Of a DNA stretch of 64,000 nucleotides, positions 44,283-53,877 are shown in pieces. A program made the position numbers and the translations under genes. How positions within the stretch are numbered: the stretch's first letter is position 1; each line of letters begins with the position of its first letter. The notes under the pieces were generated by a model, which searched no databases, had not been told where the DNA came from, and worked only from the letters and a program-made list of their open reading frames with translations. This DNA is from an uncultured Gemmatimonadaceae bacterium (GTDB lineage: Bacteria > Gemmatimonadota > Gemmatimonadetes > Gemmatimonadales > Gemmatimonadaceae), in the NCBI GenBank assembly GCA_963843845.1, contig CAWJMB010000002.1:1536001-1600000 (forward strand), read 5' to 3'.

Positions 44283-46642
44283 CAGAAGGTCACCGAGAGG
44301 CCGAGGCTCGGCAGCAGCGGGAACTGTGAGATCGACTTCCGCGTCGGCGGGTTCGCCTGATAGTTGAATGCGTAGACGAACGTGTTCTGCCGATTGTACG
44401 CGTTGACGAGCTGGAACGACGGCGTCCACGTCGAGTGTCGCCGCTCGAAGGTGCGCGAGACGCCGACGTCGAGTCGGTGGAACGGCGGGTAGCGCATGGC
44501 GTTGCGCGCCCCGCCCAACGGTTCCGGGCCCGGCTGGCTGATACCGCTGTCCCACGTGTTGTGAGCGCCGTCGTAGTAGCGCCGCACGAGCTGCCCCGTG
44601 ACGTCGGTGAATGGCGTTCCCGAGCCGTAGCCGAAGCGCGCACTCAGCACGAAGTTCGCGCCCGCGCGCCAGCTGCCGACTGCGTTCAGGTTGTGCCGCC
44701 GGTCCTGCGCCGGCCAGTACGGACCGACGGTCTGCTGCGTCACGCCCGGATCGGCGAGACCGTCCTCGCGCTCGCGACGGTTCACGCCGTAGCCGTACGA
44801 GATCCACCCGCTGAACGCACCGCCGCCCTCGACGCGCCGCAGCAGGACGTCGGCGCCGTAGGACTGACCACCGACGGTGCGAAACTCGTCGCCGCGCCGC
44901 GCCGGGTCGTCGGCCTCGTTCGGCTCGAGCAGATCGTCATAGCGCTTGCGGTATCCCTCGACGCGCACGAACGCGCGCGGGCCGAACCACCGCTCGACGC
45001 CGGCGATGAGGTGCGTGCTCGTCGAGACCGGGGTGTACTCGTCCGACGTCACCCAGAAGTCGAAGATGCGGACCGGCGTATCCTCGTTGCGGATCGCGTG
45101 CATCCACTGGGCATACCGCCCGCCGGCGACGGTGATCGCCAGGTCGGGCGTCGCGAACCAGCGCACCGATGCCCGCGGCGAGACCGCCGCCCACCGCGCC
45201 CCGCTCACGCCGTCGGCCCGCAGTCCGAACCGCGCGAGGATCCGATCGTTCGGCCGCCACGTGTCGTCGACGTAGAGCGACAGCGCCGTCGGCCGCTGTC
45301 GCAGCGTGAACAGCGGTGCGACCGAGCCGGCGGAGGTGATGTCGTAGCGAACCGAGAGCGACGACAGGGCGTAGCCGACGCGCGTCGAATGGCGGGCGCG
45401 GTAGCCGGCGACCTGACCGGACAGCTGGACGTCGCGCAGGTCGTCGCGGAAATCGATCGAGCCGCTCCCGAGGTCGAGCCTCGTCGAGAAGGAGGTGACC
45501 GACGCGCGCTGCGTGAGCGAGGCGCTGTCACCGAGCCACGCGGCGCCGAGCGGGCGGAGGTAGGTGAGCCCGGCGAGGCGGTTCCCCCACTCGAACCCGA
45601 ATGCGCCGCCTCCCGCACGCGCGGAGTCGGCGCCGAAGTCCGCGAAGCTGCCGCCGAGCACGTCGGCGCCTGCGTACGCCGTGAGCGACAGCGTACCGTC
45701 GCCGAGCTGCCAGCGCGCCGTGCCCTGCACGTCCTGGAAGTGGTAGGGAAGTGACTTCGAGCTGAGCGCGCCGACGACCTTGTCGAGATACGTGCGCCGC
45801 GCCGCGATGCTCCAAGCGCCACGGCCGTCGTTCACGAGTCCGCCGAGCGTCGCGCTCGACGAGAGCATCGACACGCTCGTCGTGCCGTGCACGCCGCGGC
45901 GATCCGGCTCGCGCGAGCGCACCGTCAGCACGCTCGACAGCCGGCTCCCGTACTCTGCCGGGAAGCCGCCGACGAGCATCTCGACGCTGCCGACCGCCTG
46001 GTCGATGAACGTGCCGAACAGCCCGCCGAGGTGGAACGGGTTGTAGACCGGGATCCCGTCGAGCGTCACGAGGTTCTGGTCGCTCTCCCCGCCGCGCACG
46101 TTGTAGCCGGCGCTGTAGTCGTTGCGCGCCACGACGCCCGCCAGCAACTGAGCCGCGCGCAGGACGTCCGGCTCGCCGAGGGACGGCACGGCGCGCATCG
46201 CCTGGCCGGTCATGGTCACGCGGCCGACGTCCGACGTCCGCTCGAACTGCGTGCGCTCCACCGCGCGGTCGTCGGCGCGCACGGTCGCGAGCGACTGCGC
46301 CGCCGGCGCCAGCCGGAGCACGACGGTCGTCGTCTCACCGCTGCGAACCGTCGCCGTCGTGCGTCCCGGCGCGTAGCCGAGGGCGCGCGCCTGGACGGTC
46401 CAGTTGCCGGCAGCGAGCGCCGTGAGCAGCCCGTCGCCGTCGTCTCCGGTCGCCATCCGCCGCGTCGTGGCGTTCGGCGACTCGGCCGCGACGACGGCGC
46501 GCGGCACGCCCTCGCTGGTCGTCGCCGAGACGACGCGCACGCGCAGGGCACCCGCGCGTGCGCCCTGCGACAGCGCGGGGCGTGCGGAGAGCGTGGCCAG
46601 CGCGAGCGCGGCCAGGCGGAGGGCGGGGATGACGAGGCGCAA
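44282..46642 (-). CDS. TonB-dependent outer membrane receptor with N-terminal carboxypeptidase-regulatory-like domain
   Basis: Signal peptide, GEPDVLR, NVRGGESDQN, DGIPVYNPFHLGG, GGFPAEYG plug motifs; C-terminal Phe. Confidence 0.92.
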   Translation of the reverse strand: MRLVIPALRLAALALATLSARPALSQGARAGALRVRVVSATTSEGVPRAVVAAESPNATTRRMATGDDGDGLLTALAAGNWTVQARALGYAPGRTTATVRSGETTTVVLRLAPAAQSLATVRADDRAVERTQFERTSDVGRVTMTGQAMRAVPSLGEPDVLRAAQLLAGVVARNDYSAGYNVRGGESDQNLVTLDGIPVYNPFHLGGLFGTFIDQAVGSVEMLVGGFPAEYGSRLSSVLTVRSREPDRRGVHGTTSVSMLSSSATLGGLVNDGRGAWSIAARRTYLDKVVGALSSKSLPYHFQDVQGTARWQLGDGTLSLTAYAGADVLGGSFADFGADSARAGGGAFGFEWGNRLAGLTYLRPLGAAWLGDSASLTQRASVTSFSTRLDLGSGSIDFRDDLRDVQLSGQVAGYRARHSTRVGYALSSLSVRYDITSAGSVAPLFTLRQRPTALSLYVDDTWRPNDRILARFGLRADGVSGARWAAVSPRASVRWFATPDLAITVAGGRYAQWMHAIRNEDTPVRIFDFWVTSDEYTPVSTSTHLIAGVERWFGPRAFVRVEGYRKRYDDLLEPNEADDPARRGDEFRTVGGQSYGADVLLRRVEGGGAFSGWISYGYGVNRREREDGLADPGVTQQTVGPYWPAQDRRHNLNAVGSWRAGANFVLSARFGYGSGTPFTDVTGQLVRRYYDGAHNTWDSGISQPGPEPLGGARNAMRYPPFHRLDVGVSRTFERRHSTWTPSFQLVNAYNRQNTFVYAFNYQANPPTRKSISQFPLLPSLGLSVTF

Positions 46643-46724
46643 GCGCGGAGTCTACACCGTTGGCGCCCCCGTGTTGCCGCATCGTCACCTCGCTCCTCGT
46701 CCGCGCACTGCGCATACTTCGGGC

Positions 46725-47459
46725 ATGCAAGTGTCCACCGCCCCCTCGTTCGGCTTCGTCGCGGCGTTCGCCGGCGGGCTGCTGAGCTTTCTGTCGCCGT
46801 GCGTGCTCCCGCTCGTGCCGAGCTACGTCACCTTCATCACCGGCATGAGCCTCGACGACGCGCGGCAGGCGCGGCGCGCGGCGCTCGTGCACGCGCTGCT
46901 CTTCGTCCTCGGCTTCTCGCTCATCTTCATCGCGCTCGGGGCGAGCGCGACGGTGCTCGGCCGCCTGCTCGTCACGTACCGACGGCTGATCGCACAGGTC
47001 GGCGGCGCGCTCATCATCGTGTTCGGGCTCTACCTCCTCGGCGCCTTCCGCAGCGCGACGTTCGATCGCGAGCGGCGGGTGCACCTCGCCGACAAGCCGG
47101 CCGGCTACCTCGGCACGGTGCTGGTCGGCGTCGCGTTCGGCGCGGGGTGGACGCCGTGCATCGGGCCGATCCTCGGGACGATCCTGATGTACGGGATGGC
47201 GGCGTCCGACGTAGGACGCGGCACCGCGCTCCTCGCAGCGTACTCGCTCGGCCTCGCGATCCCGTTCGTGCTGGCGGCGATCGCGATTCCGCAATTCCTC
47301 GCCGCGTTCCGCCGGGTGCGGCAGTACATCGGCGTCATCAACAAGGTCTCCGGCGCGCTCCTCGTCGTCGTCGGCGTGCTGATGATGACGAGCTACTTCA
47401 CGCGCGTCTCAGGGATCCTGCAAGCGTGGACGCCGCGCTTCATCCTCGAGCGCACCTGA
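46725..47459 (+). CDS. ccdA: Cytochrome c biogenesis thiol-disulfide transporter CcdA
   Basis: LSFLSPCVLPLVPSY and GWTPCIGPIL. Confidence 0.93.
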   Translation: MQVSTAPSFGFVAAFAGGLLSFLSPCVLPLVPSYVTFITGMSLDDARQARRAALVHALLFVLGFSLIFIALGASATVLGRLLVTYRRLIAQVGGALIIVFGLYLLGAFRSATFDRERRVHLADKPAGYLGTVLVGVAFGAGWTPCIGPILGTILMYGMAASDVGRGTALLAAYSLGLAIPFVLAAIAIPQFLAAFRRVRQYIGVINKVSGALLVVVGVLMMTSYFTRVSGILQAWTPRFILERT

Positions 47460-47464
47460 CGAGC

Positions 47465-47839
47465 TCACTCGTCGAGCCAGGCGCCTAACGACGCGAGCAG
47501 GACCGCGGGGCGCACCGGCTTGACGAGGACGGCGCGACACCCTGCCGCCTCGCACCGCGCGGTCGTCTCCGGGTCGTCGTGCCCGGTGAGCGCCACGACG
47601 ACGCGCGGCAGCCGGCGCTCGTCGCGCAGGGCGTGCACGACGTCGAGGCCGTCGCCGTCGGGGAGCGTGAGGTCGAGCAGCAGCGCGTCGTACGACGTCT
47701 CGCGCGCGCAGGTGATCGCCCCGGTCACCGACGCCGTCGCCGTCGCCGCATATCCGGTCGCGTCGAGCAGCGTCGTCAGTGCGTCCGTGACCAGCTCGCT
47801 GTCGTCGACGACGAGGACCGAGGGACGTGCGTCGTCCAT
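47465..47839 (-). CDS. Single-domain response regulator (CheY-like)
   Basis: VLVVDD, LLDLTLPDGDG, ALTG, KP. Confidence 0.92.
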   Translation of the reverse strand: MDDARPSVLVVDDSELVTDALTTLLDATGYAATATASVTGAITCARETSYDALLLDLTLPDGDGLDVVHALRDERRLPRVVVALTGHDDPETTARCEAAGCRAVLVKPVRPAVLLASLGAWLDE

Positions 47840-47850
47840 CCGTCAGGCGC

Positions 47851-48726
47851 TCACCGCTCGACGGCGTCCTGCGGGATCGTGAAGTAGAAGCGGCTCCCAT
47901 CGCCGATCGCGCTCTCGACCCAGATCCGCCCGCCGTGCAGCTCGACGAGCTTGCGCGCGATCGCGAGCCCGAGCCCCGTGCCGTGATGCTGGCGTGCCGC
48001 CGACGAGTCGACCTGCGCGAACTCGCGGAAGATGAGGTCGTGATGCTCGGTGTCGATCCCGATGCCGGTGTCGCCGACCTCGACGAGCAGGTCGCGGCCG
48101 TCGGCCCCCCCGTCGCCCGTCGAGGGCTGGTCGCCGCGCAGTCGTGCACTCACCCAGACGCTGCCGCCGGCCGGCGTGAAGTGAATCGCGTTGCCGACGA
48201 GGTTGCCGAGCACGTGCGACAGCTTCTCGCGGTCGGCGACGATCGGCGGCAGGTCGGCGGGCACGCGCGACGAGAAGTGCAGACGCTTCTTCGTCAGCAG
48301 CGGCTGGTTCGTCGCGGCGAGCTGCTCGACGGTCGCGGAGAGGGCGAACGTCGTCGGCGTGAGCGCGAGCTGGTTCGCGGCGCCGCGCGCGTACGTGAGG
48401 ATCTCGCCGATCATCTGCAGGAGCTGATGGCCACCCTTGATGATCCCGTTCACACTCGCCCGCTGCCGCTCGCCCAGCTCGCCGAGGATGCCGTCGCGCA
48501 TCATCTCGGCGTTCGTGATGATCGCGGACAGCGGCGTGCGCAGGTCGTGCGAGATGTTCGACAGGAACTGCGTCTTCAGCGCGTCGCGCGCCTGCAGCTC
48601 GGCGATCAGCCGGGCGGCTTCGGCGGTCTGGAACTCGAGACTCGCGAGCCGCGTCTCGACGCCCTCGCGACTCGTCGACGACGTGTGGCGGGCCAAGTCC
48701 GGCGACGCGGGTGGCGCGGAGTGCAT
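47851..48726 (-). CDS. Histidine kinase lacking an obvious sensor domain
   Basis: ISHDLRTPL, NLVGNA, DTGIGI, GTGLGL, GSRFYF; only about 50 aa precede the H-box helix. Confidence 0.9.
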   Translation of the reverse strand: MHSAPPASPDLARHTSSTSREGVETRLASLEFQTAEAARLIAELQARDALKTQFLSNISHDLRTPLSAIITNAEMMRDGILGELGERQRASVNGIIKGGHQLLQMIGEILTYARGAANQLALTPTTFALSATVEQLAATNQPLLTKKRLHFSSRVPADLPPIVADREKLSHVLGNLVGNAIHFTPAGGSVWVSARLRGDQPSTGDGGADGRDLLVEVGDTGIGIDTEHHDLIFREFAQVDSSAARQHHGTGLGLAIARKLVELHGGRIWVESAIGDGSRFYFTIPQDAVER

Positions 48727-48769
48727 GATCCCAACGTACGGTTTCGGGGCGGGCGAGACAACATCCGTT

Positions 48770-50644
48770 TCACCACGGAGGGGCGCTCCCGACGGCCTCG
48801 GAGCCTTCGATCGCGTCGACGAGTTGCTGGCGGCGGAGCAGCGACGCGTAGCGGCCGTCGCGCGCGATCAGTTCGTCGTGCCGCCCCTGCTCCACGACCT
48901 CGCCGTCGTCGAGAACGAGAATCCATGAGGCGTCGCGGATGGCGCTGATGCGGTGCGATGCGATGACCGTGGTGCGGCCAGCGAGCGCGTCGCGCAGGCC
49001 GTGCAGAATCTTGGCTTCCGTGTGCGTGTCGACGGCGGACAGCGCGTCGTCGAGCAGCACCACGCTCGGCCGGCGCGCGAGCGCACGGGCGATCGACGTA
49101 CGCTGCTTCTGTCCGCCCGAGAGATTGATCCCGCGCTCACCGAGGATCGTGTCGTAGCGCGCCGGCAGCTCGGCGATCGTCGCGTCGAGCTGGGCCACCT
49201 CTGCGGCCCACGCGATCGTGTCGTCGTGGTTCGACTCGGCGTCCGTGCCGTAGGCGATGTTCGCGCCGATCGTGTCGCCGAACAGCAGACTTTCCTGCGA
49301 GACGTAGCCGATCTCGCCACGCAGCGTGCCGAGCGCGAGCGACCGCAGCGGCACACCATCGAGGAGGATCTCCCCTTCCTGCGGATCGAAGAATCGCGGC
49401 AGCAGCTCGATGAGCGCCGTCTTGCCGCTGCCGACCGCGCCGACGATGCCTAACGTCGCGCCGGCGGGGAGGTCGAAGGAGACGTTGCGGAGCACCCAAC
49501 GAGACTCGGGGACCGGTTCGGACTCTCCTCCCGATCCCCGATCCTGCCTGCCGGAGGGATAGTGAAATCCCACCCCCCGAAACTCGATGCGTCGCCCCGT
49601 GCGGCCGTCGAGCGGCGGGAGCGGCGCCGGCGCGGACGGGGACGTCACCGCCGGGCGCGCGTCGAGCAGTTCGGAGAGACGCGCCATCGACGCGGCGCCG
49701 CGCTGAAAGAGGTTCGTCACCCACCCGAGCGCGATCATCGGCCAGGTCAGCATCGCGAGATAGATCCCGAACGCCACGAACGCGCCGACGGAGATCGCGC
49801 CGCGCACGACGAGCGACCCGCCGACGCCGAGGACGATCGCGGCGCCGAGTCCGGCGAGCAGCCCGAACGACGGGTCCATGACGCCGTGCAGCCGCGCCAG
49901 CCGCATGTTCCGGTGCAGATACTCGTTGCCGAGCGCGGCGAATCGCGCCTCTTCGGCCGGCTCCTGCCGATACGCGCGGACGACGCGCACGCCGGCGAGG
50001 TTCTCCTGCGCCCGCGTCGTCATCGTCCCGAAGTGGTCCTGCACCGCCTCGAAGCGGTCGTGCACCGCGCGACCGAGCCGCACCATGATCACCGGCAGCA
50101 GAAGTACCGGCAGCAGCGCGAGCCCGGTGAGGCGCGCATCGATCCGCACCATGAACGCGAGTGCGAACGCCGTGTTCGACACCGTGCTCACGAGATACAT
50201 GATCGCCGGGCCGGCGCTCATTCGGACGGCGCTCAGGTCGTTCGTCAGGCGCGCCATCAGCTCCCCCGTGCGCCAGCGGCCGTAGAACGGCGCGTCGAGC
50301 GACTCGAGCTGCACGAAGAGCGCGTCGCGGATGTCGAACTCGACGAGGCGGCTCACGCCGTTGAGGATCTCGCGCTTCGCGAAGCTCACCACTCCCCCGA
50401 CGAGTGCGGTGGCGAGCATGAGCACGGCGACGACCGCGACGCGTCGCACGGCGTCCGGTGCGCCGAGTGCGTCGATCGCGCGGCGGAGCAGCTGCGGCAC
50501 GACGCTCCCGATGGCGGACGACGCGATGACGAGCGACAGGCCCGCGCCCAGCCGGCGTCGATACGGCGCGAGAAAGGGGAGCAGCCGGCCCAGCGATCGC
50601 AGCCCGGTACTCGGCCCGCGCGGCGGTTGCGTCACTTCTTGCAA
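48770..50644 (-). CDS. ABC exporter half-transporter (TMD + NBD)
   Basis: RTGELMARLTND, GAVGSGKT, LSGGQKQR, LLDDALSAVD, SHR. Confidence 0.93.
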   Translation of the reverse strand: MQEVTQPPRGPSTGLRSLGRLLPFLAPYRRRLGAGLSLVIASSAIGSVVPQLLRRAIDALGAPDAVRRVAVVAVLMLATALVGGVVSFAKREILNGVSRLVEFDIRDALFVQLESLDAPFYGRWRTGELMARLTNDLSAVRMSAGPAIMYLVSTVSNTAFALAFMVRIDARLTGLALLPVLLLPVIMVRLGRAVHDRFEAVQDHFGTMTTRAQENLAGVRVVRAYRQEPAEEARFAALGNEYLHRNMRLARLHGVMDPSFGLLAGLGAAIVLGVGGSLVVRGAISVGAFVAFGIYLAMLTWPMIALGWVTNLFQRGAASMARLSELLDARPAVTSPSAPAPLPPLDGRTGRRIEFRGVGFHYPSGRQDRGSGGESEPVPESRWVLRNVSFDLPAGATLGIVGAVGSGKTALIELLPRFFDPQEGEILLDGVPLRSLALGTLRGEIGYVSQESLLFGDTIGANIAYGTDAESNHDDTIAWAAEVAQLDATIAELPARYDTILGERGINLSGGQKQRTSIARALARRPSVVLLDDALSAVDTHTEAKILHGLRDALAGRTTVIASHRISAIRDASWILVLDDGEVVEQGRHDELIARDGRYASLLRRQQLVDAIEGSEAVGSAPPW

Positions 50645-50740
50645 AGAGAGTCGGGTCGACCGCCCGGCACCCGGTGCCGCAGGGCGTGTATGATCACGCC
50701 GAGCTGCCGATCGCCACCCCTTTCAACTCGGAGCCCACGC

Positions 50741-51664
50741 ATGTCGAAACACATGTCGAAATATAGCCGCATCCGTCTTCCGCTCCTCGCGGTCCTGGCC
50801 GCGGGCGCCGTTGCCGCGACGGCGTGCAGCAAGAGCGACACGGCCGGCGAGGGCGCACTCGCCCAGGACTCGTCGCTGTCGCGCGACCTGGCGCTCGCGC
50901 AGGCGGACAGCACCGCGCAGCCGCAGCTCCAGGACGTGCCAGCGCCGCCCCCGGCTGCCGCCGCTCCCGAGCCCGCCGCCCCGCCGCCGCGCTCGACCAG
51001 CACTCCGGTCCGTACGCGTCCCACGACGCCGCGCCCTCGTCCGACCCCGTCTGCGCCGGCGGCTGAAACGCCGCGCACGACAGCGAGCGGGAACACGGTC
51101 ACGGGAGGCAGCGGCGCAGGGGAGCGCAGTGGCGTCGGCACGATCGCGTCCGGGACGACGCTCTCGCTCGCGAGCAACTCGAAGGTCTGCACGAACACCA
51201 ACCGCGTCGGCGACCGCTTCACGGCGACCGTGACCGACGCCGTGACCGGCTCGAACGGCGCGACGATCCCGGCCGGCGCGACGGCGACCGTCGAGATCAC
51301 GGACCTCGATCGCAGCGAGAACGTGCGCGACAAGATCCAGATGGGCTTCCGCGTCGTCTCGGTCACGTTCGGTGGTCGCAGCTACACCGTCGCCGCGACG
51401 ACCGAGTCGGCCGACGTCTCACGGGTGCGCAACCAGCCGGCGTCGAAGGACCGCCAGAAGGTCATCGGCGGCGCCGTCATCGGCGCCATCGCCGGCCAGG
51501 TCCTCGGCAAGGACACCAAGGGCACGATCATCGGCGCGGCGGCCGGCGCGGCGGCGGGCGCGGGCGCAGCGGCGGCGACGGCCAACTACGAGGGCTGTCT
51601 GAACGACGGCGCGCGCATCTCCATCCGCCTCACGGACGCGACGCAGGTTCGCATCTCGAACTGA
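50741..51664 (+). CDS. Lipoprotein with Pro-rich linker and C-terminal glycine zipper
   Basis: Lipobox ATAC, Pro/Thr-rich linker, GGAVIGAIAGQVLG...IIGAAAGAAAGAG. Confidence 0.8.
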   Translation: MSKHMSKYSRIRLPLLAVLAAGAVAATACSKSDTAGEGALAQDSSLSRDLALAQADSTAQPQLQDVPAPPPAAAAPEPAAPPPRSTSTPVRTRPTTPRPRPTPSAPAAETPRTTASGNTVTGGSGAGERSGVGTIASGTTLSLASNSKVCTNTNRVGDRFTATVTDAVTGSNGATIPAGATATVEITDLDRSENVRDKIQMGFRVVSVTFGGRSYTVAATTESADVSRVRNQPASKDRQKVIGGAVIGAIAGQVLGKDTKGTIIGAAAGAAAGAGAAAATANYEGCLNDGARISIRLTDATQVRISN

Positions 51665-51711
51665 TCACCGGTCCGAGCGCTCACTCCCGAGCTCTCGCCC
51701 CCGATCGCACA

Positions 51712-51759
51712 CGAGGGAGCGCGCTGCGAGGACATCGGTCCTCGCAGCGCGCTCCCTCG
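51712..51759. terminator. Perfect 22-bp inverted repeat between convergent genes; probable bidirectional terminator or RNA-protecting hairpin
   Basis: CGAGGGAGCGCGCTGCGAGGAC-ATCG-GTCCTCGCAGCGCGCTCCCTCG; no U-tract. Confidence 0.75.
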
Positions 51760-51788
51760 GTTGCGATCGGGACCGCGGAGCGGCGCGA

Positions 51789-53588
51789 TCAGTACCCCGC
51801 CGCTCCGCCGGACCCGCGCGGCTCGAACACGCCTTCCCAGCCGCCGCGCACGCGCATCACCGCGTTGACGTTCACGAGCGAGCCGCGCTCGACGGTGCCG
51901 TGACCCATGCCGCGCAGCATGTCGAGGACCGAGGGCGCGAGGCCGCCCCGCTCGTACTGGATGCTGTCGGGCAGCGCCTGATGGTGCAGGCGGGGCGCGC
52001 GCATCGCGTCGGCGAGCGACATGCGGTGGTCGATCACGTTGAGGATCACCTGCGTGGTGCCCGAGATGATCGTCGGGCCGCCGGCCGCCCCGACCACGAG
52101 CATCACGCGCTCGGCGGAGTCGAGCACGATGGTCGGCGTCATCGACGAGAGTGGGCGCTTCCTCGGCGCGACCTCGTTCTGACTTCCCTCGATCAGGCCG
52201 AAGGCGTTCGGCCGACCCGGCGCCGTCGCGAGGTCGTCCATCTCGTCGTTCATGAAGAAGCCCGCACCGCGCACCCACACCCCAGAGCCGTAGCCGAGGT
52301 TGAGCGTCGTCGTCGTCGAGACGGCGTTCCCCTGTGCGTCGACGACCGAGTAGTGCGTGGTGTGCATGCTGCTCGGCATCGCGGGGCCGACGGGCGTCTT
52401 GGACGCGCGCGCCGGGTCGATCGTCGCGGCGAGGGAGCGCGCGTACGCCTTGCTCGTCAACTGTGCGATCGGCATCTGACAGAAAGCCGGGTCGCAGAGC
52501 TTGCCGTTGCGGTCGATGAACGCCCGCCGTTCGGCCTCGGCGAACAGGTGCGCGTAGGCCGCCGTGCCGAACGTCGGCAGTGTGTCGCGCGTCTCGAGCT
52601 GGTGCAGGATCTCGAATGACGTCGTGCCGCCCGATGAGACGGGAGGCATGCCCAGCACCGTGAAGCCGCGGTACGTGGTGCGCAGCGGCGTGCGCCAGAT
52701 CGGGCGGTACGCCGCGAGGTCGGTCTTCGTCATGATCCCGCCACCGCGCCGCATCTCGGCGACGAGCGAGTCCGCGGTCTCGCCATCGTAGAACTCCCTC
52801 GCACCGTGCTGCGCGATGCGCCGCAGCGTGCGCGCGAGGTCGCGCTGCACGAGCCGCGCGCCGGCGGCGATCGGCTGGCCGTTGACGAAGAACGGCGACG
52901 CAGCGGCATACTGCCGCATCTTCGCGTTGTCGACGGAGCGCCCCACCCCCGCGTCCACGACGTAGCCCTCCTCCGCGAGCCGGATCGCGGGGGCGATGAC
53001 CTTCGAGAGCGGCATGGTGCCGTACTTCGCGAGCGCCTCGGCCATCCCGGCGACCGATCCGGGGACGCCGGAGGCGAGGTGCCCCTGCGTGCTGTTGCCG
53101 GTCGGATTGCCCTGCGCGTCCACGAACATCGTCCGCGTCGCGGCCCCGGGGGCCATCTCGCGGTAGTCGATCGCCACGGCGCGTCCGTCGGCGAGGTGGA
53201 TCACCATGAAGCCGCCGCCCCCGATGTTCCCGGCCTGCGCGTAGGTGACCGCGAGCGCGAAGCCGACCGCGACGGCCGCGTCGACGGCATTGCCGCCCTG
53301 CTGCATGATCTCTCGCCCCGCCTGGCTCGCGAGGTCGCTGTTGCTGACGACCATCGTCCGCGCACCGAACGACGCGCGTTCGCCGGCCGTGAATCGCCAC
53401 CCGTCCGGGAACGATGCGGCGCGGCGCGGCGCGAGCGTCGGCGGGGAGCCGGGGCCGCTGTCGCCGCCGCGCCCGCTGCTGCCCGACGACACGCTGCGGC
53501 AGGCGGCGACGGCGAACGCGACGCCGCCGAGGAGGGTGAGGCCCGCGGTCAGGCGGGGCGGGCGGGCGCGGGAGGAACGAGTCGGCAT
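51789..53588 (-). CDS. ggt: Gamma-glutamyltransferase
   Basis: GGNAVDAAVA, GNIGGGGF, IDYREMAP, TTHYS, NDEMDD, PLSSMTP. Confidence 0.95.
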   Translation of the reverse strand: MPTRSSRARPPRLTAGLTLLGGVAFAVAACRSVSSGSSGRGGDSGPGSPPTLAPRRAASFPDGWRFTAGERASFGARTMVVSNSDLASQAGREIMQQGGNAVDAAVAVGFALAVTYAQAGNIGGGGFMVIHLADGRAVAIDYREMAPGAATRTMFVDAQGNPTGNSTQGHLASGVPGSVAGMAEALAKYGTMPLSKVIAPAIRLAEEGYVVDAGVGRSVDNAKMRQYAAASPFFVNGQPIAAGARLVQRDLARTLRRIAQHGAREFYDGETADSLVAEMRRGGGIMTKTDLAAYRPIWRTPLRTTYRGFTVLGMPPVSSGGTTSFEILHQLETRDTLPTFGTAAYAHLFAEAERRAFIDRNGKLCDPAFCQMPIAQLTSKAYARSLAATIDPARASKTPVGPAMPSSMHTTHYSVVDAQGNAVSTTTTLNLGYGSGVWVRGAGFFMNDEMDDLATAPGRPNAFGLIEGSQNEVAPRKRPLSSMTPTIVLDSAERVMLVVGAAGGPTIISGTTQVILNVIDHRMSLADAMRAPRLHHQALPDSIQYERGGLAPSVLDMLRGMGHGTVERGSLVNVNAVMRVRGGWEGVFEPRGSGGAAGY

Positions 53589-53877
53589 GGGACGGCGGCG
53601 GTGAGCGGGACGGCCGCGCGCGACGCGTCGCGCGCGTCGTGCGCCGCGTCACTGCGGCGGCCACGCGGCGTGCGGCGGCGGTCGGCGCGGCGGGACGCGC
53701 GCCGTTGCGACGGCGTGGCGCGGCTCGGTAACTTAGCCGCGCGCCGACCGCCCGGACACCGCGGGCCGTCGCCGCTCGTGTGCAGGACGTGTAGCGTGTG
53801 CAGCGCCCCGCGTGCGTGGCACACCGCGTGTGCGGCGTGAGCGACCGCCTCCATCCCCTCACCCCGCCGGTCCCGTC

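Noticed and set aside
53615..53636. 22-bp palindrome CGCGCGCGACGCGTCGCGCGCG in the ggt/murQ spacer as an operator
   Set aside because: Low-complexity CG alternation is common in this sequence; no independent support
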